Shown here piece after piece: positions 1 through 8,741 of a stretch of 60,612 nucleotides of DNA (the stretch's first letter is position 1; every line of letters starts with the position of its first letter). The notes below the pieces were generated by a model. It was not told the DNA's origin. It made no database searches and worked only from the letters and a program-made list of their open reading frames with translations. Made by a program: the position numbers and the translations under genes. This DNA is from an uncultured Candidatus Poseidoniales archaeon (GTDB lineage Archaea > Thermoplasmatota > Poseidoniia > Poseidoniales > CAYMED01). Location of the stretch: contig CAYMED010000017.1 in assembly GCA_964389655.1 (NCBI GenBank), forward strand, positions 1 through 60,612. Reading direction: 5' to 3'.

Positions 1-543
1 ATGGACAAGGAGCAATTGATCAAGGCAATCGGTTTACCCTCTTGGAAACAGGATTTTATCCGCAAGAATAGGCTATTGTACGGCAATAATCGAAAGTTCA
101 TTGACAAGTGGTTGAAGAAATGGAGAGTATTGGAGGTCGAGGAAGATGGAAAACCATTCATCCCTGTTAGCAGGACCAAATATGAATGGCAAGCAGGTCC
201 AACGAGTCGAACAAATTGGGAGAATATTTTCCAATTTCGCCCATCTGGTATCCGTGTTAAGCGGGGTGACTATTTTCCCGCATTAGTTGCAATAGCGCAA
301 ATCCCAGTAGTTGGTTGGCTGAAAAGACACATCACTCCAAAAGAATGTGCCAGAATTCAAGATTTTGATGTTGATGGAGTTCATGGTGAACCCTTTGTCC
401 TTGGAGATTCAGATCAACAATCCTACAAGCAACTTGGAAACGCTGTCAACGTTAGTATGATTCGTTTAATTCAAGAGCGCATTGACATGTATCTCGCTGG
501 AACATTGGAGGCCACTGAGGATACTATTCAGGCCACTGCGTAA
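1..543 (+). CDS. DNA (cytosine-5)-methyltransferase, C-terminal part (5' end probably outside window)
   Basis: Motif IX-like RHITPKECARIQDF and motif X-like SYKQLGNAVNV; preceding QFRPSGIRVK..PALVA target-recognition segment; N-terminal motifs I/IV absent. Confidence 0.8.
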   Translation: MDKEQLIKAIGLPSWKQDFIRKNRLLYGNNRKFIDKWLKKWRVLEVEEDGKPFIPVSRTKYEWQAGPTSRTNWENIFQFRPSGIRVKRGDYFPALVAIAQIPVVGWLKRHITPKECARIQDFDVDGVHGEPFVLGDSDQQSYKQLGNAVNVSMIRLIQERIDMYLAGTLEATEDTIQATA

Positions 544-574
544 TCTATAGGACACCTTTGAAATAGGTAAAAAT

Positions 575-604
575 CCCACTGATTAAGTAGTACGAATCAG
601 TGGG
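575..604. repeat. Perfect 10-bp inverted repeat (CCCACTGATT-N10-AATCAGTGGG), possible terminator or protein-binding site
   Basis: Read directly in the intergenic gap between the MTase and the peptidase. Confidence 0.7.
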
Positions 605-661
605 TACCCTTTGCACAATTCAGGTCGCTAACCTCATCCCTGAAGCACCTCTCACACATCT

Positions 662-1885
662 ATGCGCGTATGGCTCGCTGTGCTCATTGCGGCCCTGATG
701 GGTACTCCAGGCCTTGCAATGCCCGAAGACGCACAGCCCATAGCTTGGCCGGACGGAAGCAGGGCCTACGACAACATGGCCACCATGGCCGGGTTTGGAT
801 ATCGAAAAATCGACACACAGGCCAACGAGGATGGGCGCAACTGGATCGCTTCACAACTAGAAGACATGGGCTATGACGTGGAGCGGCAACCATTCACAAG
901 TGAGGAATGCACGAATTGTGAAAACATTGTCATCACGATTAACGGATCCCTCGAAGATGACTGGATCGTGATTGGAGCACATCACGATGCAATTTGCTAT
1001 TCCCCTCCACCCCTCATCGGAGTTACGTACCCCACATGCACCTCATCTGGGGCCTATGATGACGGAACGGGAAGCGGTGCGCTGCTCGAACTTGCCCGCA
1101 CATTTGCAGAATGGAATGGAACGCCCACACATACCTGGAAATTGGGGTGGTGGGATTACGAAGAATGGCAAGGGTCTGGATCGGCGGAAGGGGGAGGAAT
1201 GGGGAGCCTGCATTTTGTCGAAGAAAAAATCCCCGAAGGCACCAATGTAACCTACATCAATCTCGACATGTTTGCCCTTAATTGGCCAGTCCCCACTCCA
1301 TTTGCAAGCCAAGCGACCGGTTGTGATGAGGACTATTGGACCCTGTACATGTTTACATCCCCAGTTGATGATTGGTCCTACTACGAAGGACAAGGCCTAG
1401 AGGTCAGCGATGAGATGCGAGAGGATGCGATTTGGTTGCAATCTCACTTGCGTACCATCAATGCAAACTTGAGCCATCCCGAACCATGGGTCAGCGTCAT
1501 CGATGATACAAAGGGAAATTCTGACCACTACAATTTCATCATGGCAGGATATGCATCCACGTGGCTTAGAGGACAACACCAGTACATCTTCGAAGAAGGT
1601 GATACGTGTGAACAAACGCCAAAACACGCACAAAGCGATTCCATCACGACCCTCAATACGATGGCTGGTGGACGAGAAAATGTCGAACAGGGACTCCAAA
1701 CAGGTCTTGATGTGGTTGCGACATTTGTGTGGTGGGACTGGGATCCAAATGGATCACTCAATGCAAGTCTCGAAGTACAAGCCGACAAAGGGGCAAGCAT
1801 TTGGAGTTCGGGATTCACACTCATATGCACTGGGTTAATGCTGGCAGCGGCAACTGCACTTGTTGTATTGCGGCCTCGCACATAG
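662..1885 (+). CDS. M28-family zinc peptidase, secreted, C-terminal membrane anchor
   Basis: Signal peptide; GAHHD, GAYDDGTG, YEE, INLDM, SDH motifs; hydrophobic tail ending RPRT. Confidence 0.85.
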   Translation: MRVWLAVLIAALMGTPGLAMPEDAQPIAWPDGSRAYDNMATMAGFGYRKIDTQANEDGRNWIASQLEDMGYDVERQPFTSEECTNCENIVITINGSLEDDWIVIGAHHDAICYSPPPLIGVTYPTCTSSGAYDDGTGSGALLELARTFAEWNGTPTHTWKLGWWDYEEWQGSGSAEGGGMGSLHFVEEKIPEGTNVTYINLDMFALNWPVPTPFASQATGCDEDYWTLYMFTSPVDDWSYYEGQGLEVSDEMREDAIWLQSHLRTINANLSHPEPWVSVIDDTKGNSDHYNFIMAGYASTWLRGQHQYIFEEGDTCEQTPKHAQSDSITTLNTMAGGRENVEQGLQTGLDVVATFVWWDWDPNGSLNASLEVQADKGASIWSSGFTLICTGLMLAAATALVVLRPRT

Positions 1886-1961
1886 CGGATGCAAGTGTGA
1901 TTTGAAGAGGCATGTGCATTCAATCGCAGGTCTGAAAGATGGGGATAGGTACGAGAGGTTG

Positions 1962-3389
1962 ATGACGACCCCCCTTCGGTCGCGGAGCGCCGTTTTTATC
2001 GTCGTCATTCTAGCCCCGCTAGCCGGCTGCTTCGCAGACCGCGAAGAGCCTGCAGCCCTCGATTCGTACCTTGCTCCCTGGGCTACCGATGAGCCGGTAC
2101 AGGATTGGGAAGCCCATGCCAATGTCTCACAATTCTTGACCACGGATCTGCGAACGGGAGAACACATCACCCGTCCTTGGGCTGTGTACACAAAGGAGAT
2201 GGGTGGGAATTGCTGCGAGCATTATCTTGCCACGAGCAAGGAAGGATGGATCACCAACATTGGTGGCGAGTATCCGGTATGGACGGAGGATCGCGGGCAC
2301 ACATGGCAGACATGGACGCCGGACTGGATCCAAGATTCGAGTTGTCGCACACCAATGTTTACCGTTCCAGAAAACGAAGGATTAGGGGAAGGCAGCATTG
2401 TTCAAGCAACCAATGGCGACTTGATCGCAATGTCGTGGTTCCCGTATCCGGGAATCGATGGAAAGATGGACCGATTCTATGCCATGCTCTATGACGATGC
2501 GCAGAAAGCATGGAGGTGGTGCTACAATCGAATTACAGAACCATTCTATGACCGGTCATGGCAAGTTGAAGTGGTCGGACCGATCTCTTCGTCTTATGGT
2601 TCTGGGCCATGGGCAAGCCTTGTTATCAGCAATTATTGGCATCAAGTTCGCAATGGGGGCGGCCAAATCTCAGTTGACGGCCTCAATTACTATCCTCTTG
2701 AATTTCCCGACCCTAGCGACACATCACTCGATGGAGTAACTCGGGATTTCAATTTCTCTGGCCTCGGCCAGCCTTGGGACCATACTCGCCCGCACCGCGA
2801 GATGCGGGCCATGCCGATCCCAGATGGTGGATTGTATTTCCCAGCCTACTTCAACGACGGGGCGGGCGCATTCCTCGACACAAATCTCGTCTGGAATCGC
2901 TGGGATCATCCCAGTGGCTGGACTGCAAATTCGACTTACATGACCCTTGATTCGGCAGGAAGAGTGCACAATGTCTGGTCTGAAGGTGGATCGATGTACC
3001 ATGCCCTCTCTCTTGACGGGGGATATGAATGGAGAACAATACAGATCACCCTTCCCAATGTCGATGCGGTGGAAGAATGGGATTTCGCAGCGGATGGAGA
3101 CAGGGACCTATGCGTCTTTTCGGTCCGGTTCCAAGCAACCGATGGATTCGATAAAGATCTCGTCTATCACGCATTTGGCTGTTCAGATGATCACACACCC
3201 GATATGCTCACGTGGATTGGAGAGGGCAATATCGATTCAACATCCGGTGCTGGAGAAGATATCCGATTCGATTTTGCAAGCCTTGCAGTTCTTCCCGATG
3301 GAGGCGTAGTTACGGCATTCCATGATGCAACAGATCCAGACCCATTGTTTGCACTGGAATTAGCTATGCCAGCCAACGAATCAGCTTGA
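1962..3389 (+). CDS. Putative lipoprotein with BNR/Asp-box (sialidase-like beta-propeller) repeats
   Basis: LAGC lipobox; Asp-box-like TEDRGHTW, SVDGLNY, SLDGGYEW; start moved to ATG 1962. Confidence 0.6.
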   Translation: MTTPLRSRSAVFIVVILAPLAGCFADREEPAALDSYLAPWATDEPVQDWEAHANVSQFLTTDLRTGEHITRPWAVYTKEMGGNCCEHYLATSKEGWITNIGGEYPVWTEDRGHTWQTWTPDWIQDSSCRTPMFTVPENEGLGEGSIVQATNGDLIAMSWFPYPGIDGKMDRFYAMLYDDAQKAWRWCYNRITEPFYDRSWQVEVVGPISSSYGSGPWASLVISNYWHQVRNGGGQISVDGLNYYPLEFPDPSDTSLDGVTRDFNFSGLGQPWDHTRPHREMRAMPIPDGGLYFPAYFNDGAGAFLDTNLVWNRWDHPSGWTANSTYMTLDSAGRVHNVWSEGGSMYHALSLDGGYEWRTIQITLPNVDAVEEWDFAADGDRDLCVFSVRFQATDGFDKDLVYHAFGCSDDHTPDMLTWIGEGNIDSTSGAGEDIRFDFASLAVLPDGGVVTAFHDATDPDPLFALELAMPANESA

Positions 3390-4910
3390 TCACTCAGTCT
3401 CTACAGGATCATCGAATTCGACCGCAGTGATGTCCTCAGGACCTATGAAACGCCCTGTGAGTACAGTCGCCGCAAAAGCACATGCGACCAAAATCCAGCG
3501 AACCATTTGAGAGAATGGAAGGATGTACATGATCACACAATACGCAGTAGCAATAACCAGCGTTACAATCATGATGGGAAATCCGAGCTTGAAGAAGCGA
3601 TTGAACGAGATGGGGTATCCTGCGTCTTCAGCCAACCCCGCTGTTACAACATTTGCAGAGGCACCGATGATCGTTCCATTGCCGCCCAAACAGGCCCCAA
3701 ATGCCAGTGCCCATGCAAGGGGTGCAAGTTCCAATCCCAAAGCGGGGTCAGAGGCGAGAGCAATGACCACGGGAACCATGGTTGCTGTATAGGGAATATT
3801 GTCAATAAATGCCGAAGCAATTGCAGAAACCCATAGAAGCAAGAGAACCGCTACCAGCAAGCGGCTGGTTTCAGGTGTGCTTCCGATCAAAGATGAGGTC
3901 CCATCTGCAATGGCTCGAATCAGGCCCATCGCCTCAAGAGCGTGAATCAGGACGAAAAGGCCTGCAAAAAACACAAGTGTCGTCCATTCCACATCGTCAA
4001 GGCGCTCTTCGATACGATGAGGGAATGTGATTAGGAGCATGATGACCGCACCGGTAATTGCAATGGTTGCCACTGTGAGCAAAGGATGATGGAATGTGGA
4101 ATGCGCAAAGAATGCAATGATGACGAGGGCTAGAACTGTGCCCGATTTCTTCAACAACTTCGGATCCCTGATGGGATACATGGCTTCGAGTTCAGCAATA
4201 TCTCGGTGCCTATATCCGGTTAGAGCTTCTTTCTCCATTCGACGAATCATCCACAATGCCGGAAGGCCACAAAGCAAGGCGCCTGGGGCGAGGTTAATGA
4301 AGAACTGAGCAAAGGAAAGTGCCTGAGATTCCAGCACGCTTCCTTTCAGCGCAGTGGCAGAGAGTTGCGCACCGATGATGATGTTTGGAGGGTCGCCAAT
4401 CATCGTCGCAGTTCCACCGATGTTGGAGAACAAAACTTCGGCAAGCAGAAGGGGAATTGGATCAAGGTCGAGAACTTGCGCAAGACGAATGGTTACTGGG
4501 GTGATCAGCAACATGGTTGTCACGTTATCCAAGAACGCACTCAGGACTGCAGTTACCACACAAAGCATCACCACCAACCGCCAAACACTCCCATCACTGC
4601 GCTTGTAGGCTTGAACTGCTGCGAATTCAAAGAATCCAGTGCGCTGCAGAACAGCAACCATGACCATCATCCCAAAGAGCAAACCAATCGTTTCTGCATC
4701 GACCCATGCGACAATGCGCGGCAAATCAGCTACATCACCTGCTGCCGCCAATGCACCCACAGCAACAATCGCTCCTAGACCAGCTGCAAGAGCACGATGA
4801 ACGACTTCAGTGACAATCAGCGCATAAACTCCGAAAAGAATCAATCCGGCAACGGGAAGTGCCCAGCCCGGCATTTCAACCGCAGCGGCTGCTGTCGAAG
4901 TGGAGGACAT
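3390..4910 (-). CDS. ArsB/NhaD (SLC13/P-protein-like) ion transporter
   Basis: Polytopic membrane protein; SAFLDNVTT, NIGGTATMIGDPPNI, IDNIP, GACLGGNGTIIGASANVV. Confidence 0.9.
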   Translation of the reverse strand: MSSTSTAAAAVEMPGWALPVAGLILFGVYALIVTEVVHRALAAGLGAIVAVGALAAAGDVADLPRIVAWVDAETIGLLFGMMVMVAVLQRTGFFEFAAVQAYKRSDGSVWRLVVMLCVVTAVLSAFLDNVTTMLLITPVTIRLAQVLDLDPIPLLLAEVLFSNIGGTATMIGDPPNIIIGAQLSATALKGSVLESQALSFAQFFINLAPGALLCGLPALWMIRRMEKEALTGYRHRDIAELEAMYPIRDPKLLKKSGTVLALVIIAFFAHSTFHHPLLTVATIAITGAVIMLLITFPHRIEERLDDVEWTTLVFFAGLFVLIHALEAMGLIRAIADGTSSLIGSTPETSRLLVAVLLLLWVSAIASAFIDNIPYTATMVPVVIALASDPALGLELAPLAWALAFGACLGGNGTIIGASANVVTAGLAEDAGYPISFNRFFKLGFPIMIVTLVIATAYCVIMYILPFSQMVRWILVACAFAATVLTGRFIGPEDITAVEFDDPVETE

Positions 4911-4965
4911 TATCAGAGGGGAAAGCCGTGCCCCTCATCAGGGTGGCGCTTCTTGAAGTAAAAAA

Positions 4966-6474
4966 TTACCCAGAATTTTCAAGGTCCCAAGTTGTGCCAT
5001 CTGGCCCGTCTTGTGTAAGTACTCCCATTTCTGCAAGACGATCACGTATGGCATCGGCTTGAGCCCAATCTTTGGAATCCCGGGCCTGAGACCTTTCAGC
5101 GATCAGTGTCTCTACTTCATCTCGAATAGCATCAGTTCTAGCTGCGTGCTCAAGCACTGCAGATTCCACTGTTGAGCGGGGAGGGAGAATCCCTAGAACT
5201 GCTCCTGCTGTTTCTTCAAGCCATGCAACAGCGTAGGTGCCAAAAGATGCTGTGTCTTGAACATCAAGTTCGCTACCATGGAGCAAACCCTCAATGATGC
5301 GGCGGCTGGCAATTACGGCAGTAATCGCTTCTCGTGTGTTGAGGTCATCATCCATTGCTCGGGCAAATTCTTCTCCAAATTCCTCAAGTGTTGCAAGGAC
5401 TTTGGCAAGGTCTGAGGATGATTCATTATCAGGCCTCGGCAAAGCCACTTGACGATTGATTGCGACTTGGCTAGAGGCGCGAATTGACGCCCGGTATGTC
5501 GCCTCAATGCGCTTCTGATGTGCTACGGATTCTTCGATCAGAGATTCTGAAAGATCAATTGGAGAGCGATAATGCGCATGAAGAAGTCCGAAGCGAAGAC
5601 CGAGTGCGGGTGTGCCCGCATCTAAAGCATCTCGAATGGTCCAATAATTTCCAAGAGATTTGCTCATCTTTTCGCCATCCACATTGACAAAGCCGTTGTG
5701 AAGCCACCAAGACGCGACTGGAGATACACCGGTTGAGCATTCTGATTGCATGATTTCACACTCATGATGGGGAAACCGAAGGTCATGGCCCCCACCATGA
5801 ATATCGAAAGACTCACCTAGCGCTTCAAGACTCATCGCTGAACACTCAATATGCCATCCAGGACGGCCATCCATCCATGGGCTAGGCCATGAGGGCTCAC
5901 CTATTTTGGCTGCCTTCCATAACGAGAAATCTCTGTGATCTCGTTTGCCGGAAGAGCCAATCCGGCCCGAAGCGCCCGCTTTTACATCGTCATAATTCTG
6001 ACCTGTTAACTGCCCGTATTTCTCCGATGCACTCGACACATCAAACCAAACACCATCTTCAGCAACATAGGCGTGGTTTTTTGCAACGAGTATGGAGATC
6101 AATTCAATGATCTGTGGTATTGTGTCCGTAACTCGGGGTTCCGAATCGGCACCAAGAACTTGCAATTCGGCCATATCAGAAGCATACGTGTCGATGAAAC
6201 GCTGAGCCCATTGCCCAACGTCCACGCCGTGCTCATTGGCAGAAGTGATGATTTTATCATCGATATCGGTGAAATTCCGCACATAATTGACGGTATAACC
6301 ACTCACCTCTAGCCAGCGGTGTAGAACGTCAAACACGATGTAACATCTCGCATGACCAAGATGACTAGGCCCATAGGGTGTGATGCCACACACATACATG
6401 CGCACGTGTCCCGGTTCGGCGGGCGCAAACGCATGCTTGCCGCGCCGGCGCGTATCGAACAGAACCAAGGCCAT
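4966..6474 (-). CDS. cysS: Cysteinyl-tRNA synthetase
   Basis: MYVCGITPY, HLGH, NFTDIDDKII, GRPGWHIECSAM, FPHHECE, KMSKS. Confidence 0.97.
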   Translation of the reverse strand: MALVLFDTRRRGKHAFAPAEPGHVRMYVCGITPYGPSHLGHARCYIVFDVLHRWLEVSGYTVNYVRNFTDIDDKIITSANEHGVDVGQWAQRFIDTYASDMAELQVLGADSEPRVTDTIPQIIELISILVAKNHAYVAEDGVWFDVSSASEKYGQLTGQNYDDVKAGASGRIGSSGKRDHRDFSLWKAAKIGEPSWPSPWMDGRPGWHIECSAMSLEALGESFDIHGGGHDLRFPHHECEIMQSECSTGVSPVASWWLHNGFVNVDGEKMSKSLGNYWTIRDALDAGTPALGLRFGLLHAHYRSPIDLSESLIEESVAHQKRIEATYRASIRASSQVAINRQVALPRPDNESSSDLAKVLATLEEFGEEFARAMDDDLNTREAITAVIASRRIIEGLLHGSELDVQDTASFGTYAVAWLEETAGAVLGILPPRSTVESAVLEHAARTDAIRDEVETLIAERSQARDSKDWAQADAIRDRLAEMGVLTQDGPDGTTWDLENSG

Positions 6475-6533
6475 GCCGAGTCGTCAGCGTCTTGCACCTT
6501 CAACGGCTCGGCGAAAGAGTTTGCATGAGACAG

Positions 6534-6815
6534 TCAATCAAGCCAGTCCTGCAAATCATCAAAACCACCAACAAAAGCAGGTGTTCCACTACGCAAATCA
6601 ATCATAATGGGAACCGTACGGTGCCCTGTTTCCGATTGAATCGCACGGAGGCGATCTGGTTGCGCTTGCAAATTCTCTTCCGTGAATGTCAAGTCTCTGC
6701 CGAGTAAGTAGCGCTTTGCTCCAACACAATACGGACAATACGTGGTAGAATACATCAGAAAATCGGTATCACTTGCCTTCGCATCCGCCGATACCAAAGG
6801 ACCGATTGGAGGCAT
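6534..6815 (-). CDS. Glutaredoxin
   Basis: CPYC active site, TVP, GGFDDL; start uncertain (6815-6845). Confidence 0.9.
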   Translation of the reverse strand: MPPIGPLVSADAKASDTDFLMYSTTYCPYCVGAKRYLLGRDLTFTEENLQAQPDRLRAIQSETGHRTVPIMIDLRSGTPAFVGGFDDLQDWLD

Positions 6816-6877
6816 CAAACTCCCATGAGGGGTACACATGATCAAGTCTATGCTTGTTCAATATATGCGAAATATCC

Positions 6878-7042
6878 CTAAATTAAGCCAAAAACCTTGA
6901 AAAAGATGAATATCCCAGTTACTGCTGCAATAGCTGATGTGATTGTTCGCAGCAATTCCATCTTGTGATTGTGACGATCCAACCAACGCTCGAACCCCCC
7001 ACGGGCACCCTGCGGCTCTTCAAGGTCTTCTGTATCAGGCAT
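6878..7042 (-). CDS. Small hypothetical membrane protein
   Basis: MPDTEDLEE... with one C-terminal hydrophobic helix; co-directional with neighbours. Confidence 0.55.
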   Translation of the reverse strand: MPDTEDLEEPQGARGGFERWLDRHNHKMELLRTITSAIAAVTGIFIFFKVFGLI

Positions 7043-7095
7043 CGAGTGAACTGGACTTAACCCATATTCAAGGTTCGCATAGCAGATAAGTAAAA

Positions 7096-8379
7096 TCAAG
7101 CATTTCTCGGACGTCTTGAAACGACCAACGACAATCCCAGCAGCGCGAGAGCCGCGGCAATTCCCATGGGTTCACCAACGAGCAACTCAGATGGTGCTGG
7201 ACCTGAGGCAAAGCCACGACTGACCCAAGCCGTCTCTGGAATGACGGTGTCATCCGTTCGATTTAGAGAAAACCAAATTGGATGATGGTCAGACACATCT
7301 CGGTCATCCATTCCCGAATCTACTGCCCAATCCCCCGTCCATGCTTCTGCCAAATCAGAATCAAGAACGATGCGGTCATAGGCACAGGTAGATGAAGCGA
7401 CATTCGTATCAGCATCATCAGGTACAACCCAGACATACTCGGGGCCACGGAGATCTAGGGCATCAAGTTCGGCAGTAGAGGCATAACTGCATCCTGCATT
7501 GTAATCTCCAAGAATTACTGCATCATCTTCCCATGGCCAGGTTGCCTTCATCCATTGATGGACATCGTGCAGTGCTGCAATCTCTTCAACAGCAGCATCG
7601 GGTTTGGTATGAATTGCTGCAATTACAAATGTGAGGTCATCCGTGAGAGTTGCAAAGGGAACGGCATACGGCTCACGCTGGAATTGGTCCTCAATGTCGT
7701 CATAAAGTGCTCCTGCATCGATTGGATGCATGGTTTCGGTATCATAGTAAAATCCGTACTGTTCACGACTCCAGCGGTCATCCGGGTTTAGGCCCGTTCT
7801 AGGGCTGAGGACAAGGCCATAAGATGAGCCATCTGAATTAATTTCTGAGAGAAAATCCCAAGGCACATTTTCTTTCGAATCCTTGATTTCTTGCACGACG
7901 ACCAAATCATATTCACGAATAATCGTTGCCAATTCAGCCATGATATCGGCCTTTCCTGCTTTTGAAGGACCAAAGATTCGGATGTTGAAACTTGCAATTC
8001 GTATGGGATCGGTAGGGGGTTCAACCACTGAGTCGAAGAGAGATGTGTCATTCTGCTCAGGGAGAGTTTCTGAGACATTTGATGCCGGTGCCGAGGGCTC
8101 TTCCTCTGTTTGCGAAGGCGAGTCCGATGTTTCTTGCTGAGATGCGTCGGTTTGAGACGATGATGAACTTGGTGAACTTTCTTCTTGTGGTGCAGGTGCA
8201 GATGGTGTTGTTTCCGCCGTACTGCTCGATGGTTCAGACACATCAGTAGCGGATGTTTTTACGTCACCTGTGGACTCCCCCACACAACCTGCTGCAAGTA
8301 GCGCAGCGCATAGAATCCACGCCCTAACAGCATCGCCCACAACGCGTGGTTCACGTGGACCATCATGTTGCTTTCGCAT
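7096..8379 (-). CDS. DNase I-like (EEP superfamily) extracellular nuclease with lipobox, Ser/Thr-rich stalk and C-terminal TM
   Basis: IASFNIRIFG, VVQEIKD, FQREP, IHTKP, LGDYNAGCSY, CAYDRIV, SDHHPI; LAAGC lipobox. Confidence 0.88.
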   Translation of the reverse strand: MRKQHDGPREPRVVGDAVRAWILCAALLAAGCVGESTGDVKTSATDVSEPSSSTAETTPSAPAPQEESSPSSSSSQTDASQQETSDSPSQTEEEPSAPASNVSETLPEQNDTSLFDSVVEPPTDPIRIASFNIRIFGPSKAGKADIMAELATIIREYDLVVVQEIKDSKENVPWDFLSEINSDGSSYGLVLSPRTGLNPDDRWSREQYGFYYDTETMHPIDAGALYDDIEDQFQREPYAVPFATLTDDLTFVIAAIHTKPDAAVEEIAALHDVHQWMKATWPWEDDAVILGDYNAGCSYASTAELDALDLRGPEYVWVVPDDADTNVASSTCAYDRIVLDSDLAEAWTGDWAVDSGMDDRDVSDHHPIWFSLNRTDDTVIPETAWVSRGFASGPAPSELLVGEPMGIAAALALLGLSLVVSRRPRNA

Positions 8380-8406
8380 GAACATCAAGGATTATCCACA
8401 CTACAT

Positions 8407-8730
8407 TCATCCATAATTGTAGGTGATTCCGAATCCACCGCGCGGATGATTCCAACTGACAGCACCTTGGTCACACATGATGAAACAAGTTCCACACTCA
8501 ATACAATCTTCATAGACAAACTTCATCTTCTCTAATCCTTGATCTCGGAAGTTGTAGCACTGTGCTGGACATCCCCAAACACACATCATGTGGCTGCAAT
8601 CATCGCACTTCTCAGTCTCCACAATGATGTGTGCATGCTCGTGCTCATCGACATTATAGTTGATCAGGCCTAATCCATTCTTCACGTCATAGGTGAATAC
8701 ACCCATCTCAATTTGCTTAATTTCAGTCAT
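8407..8730 (-). CDS. fixX: FixX-like ferredoxin
   Basis: CxxC..C..CPAQCY and YEDCIECGTC..C..W.HPRGGFG; GGAGGT SD; directly after fixC. Confidence 0.85.
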   Translation of the reverse strand: MTEIKQIEMGVFTYDVKNGLGLINYNVDEHEHAHIIVETEKCDDCSHMMCVWGCPAQCYNFRDQGLEKMKFVYEDCIECGTCFIMCDQGAVSWNHPRGGFGITYNYG

Positions 8731-8741
8731 GCATCAACCTC

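Noticed and set aside
3387-3392. Abutting stop codons of convergent genes (also 52247/52248, 55259/55260) as a special signal
   Set aside because: Adequately explained by genome compaction
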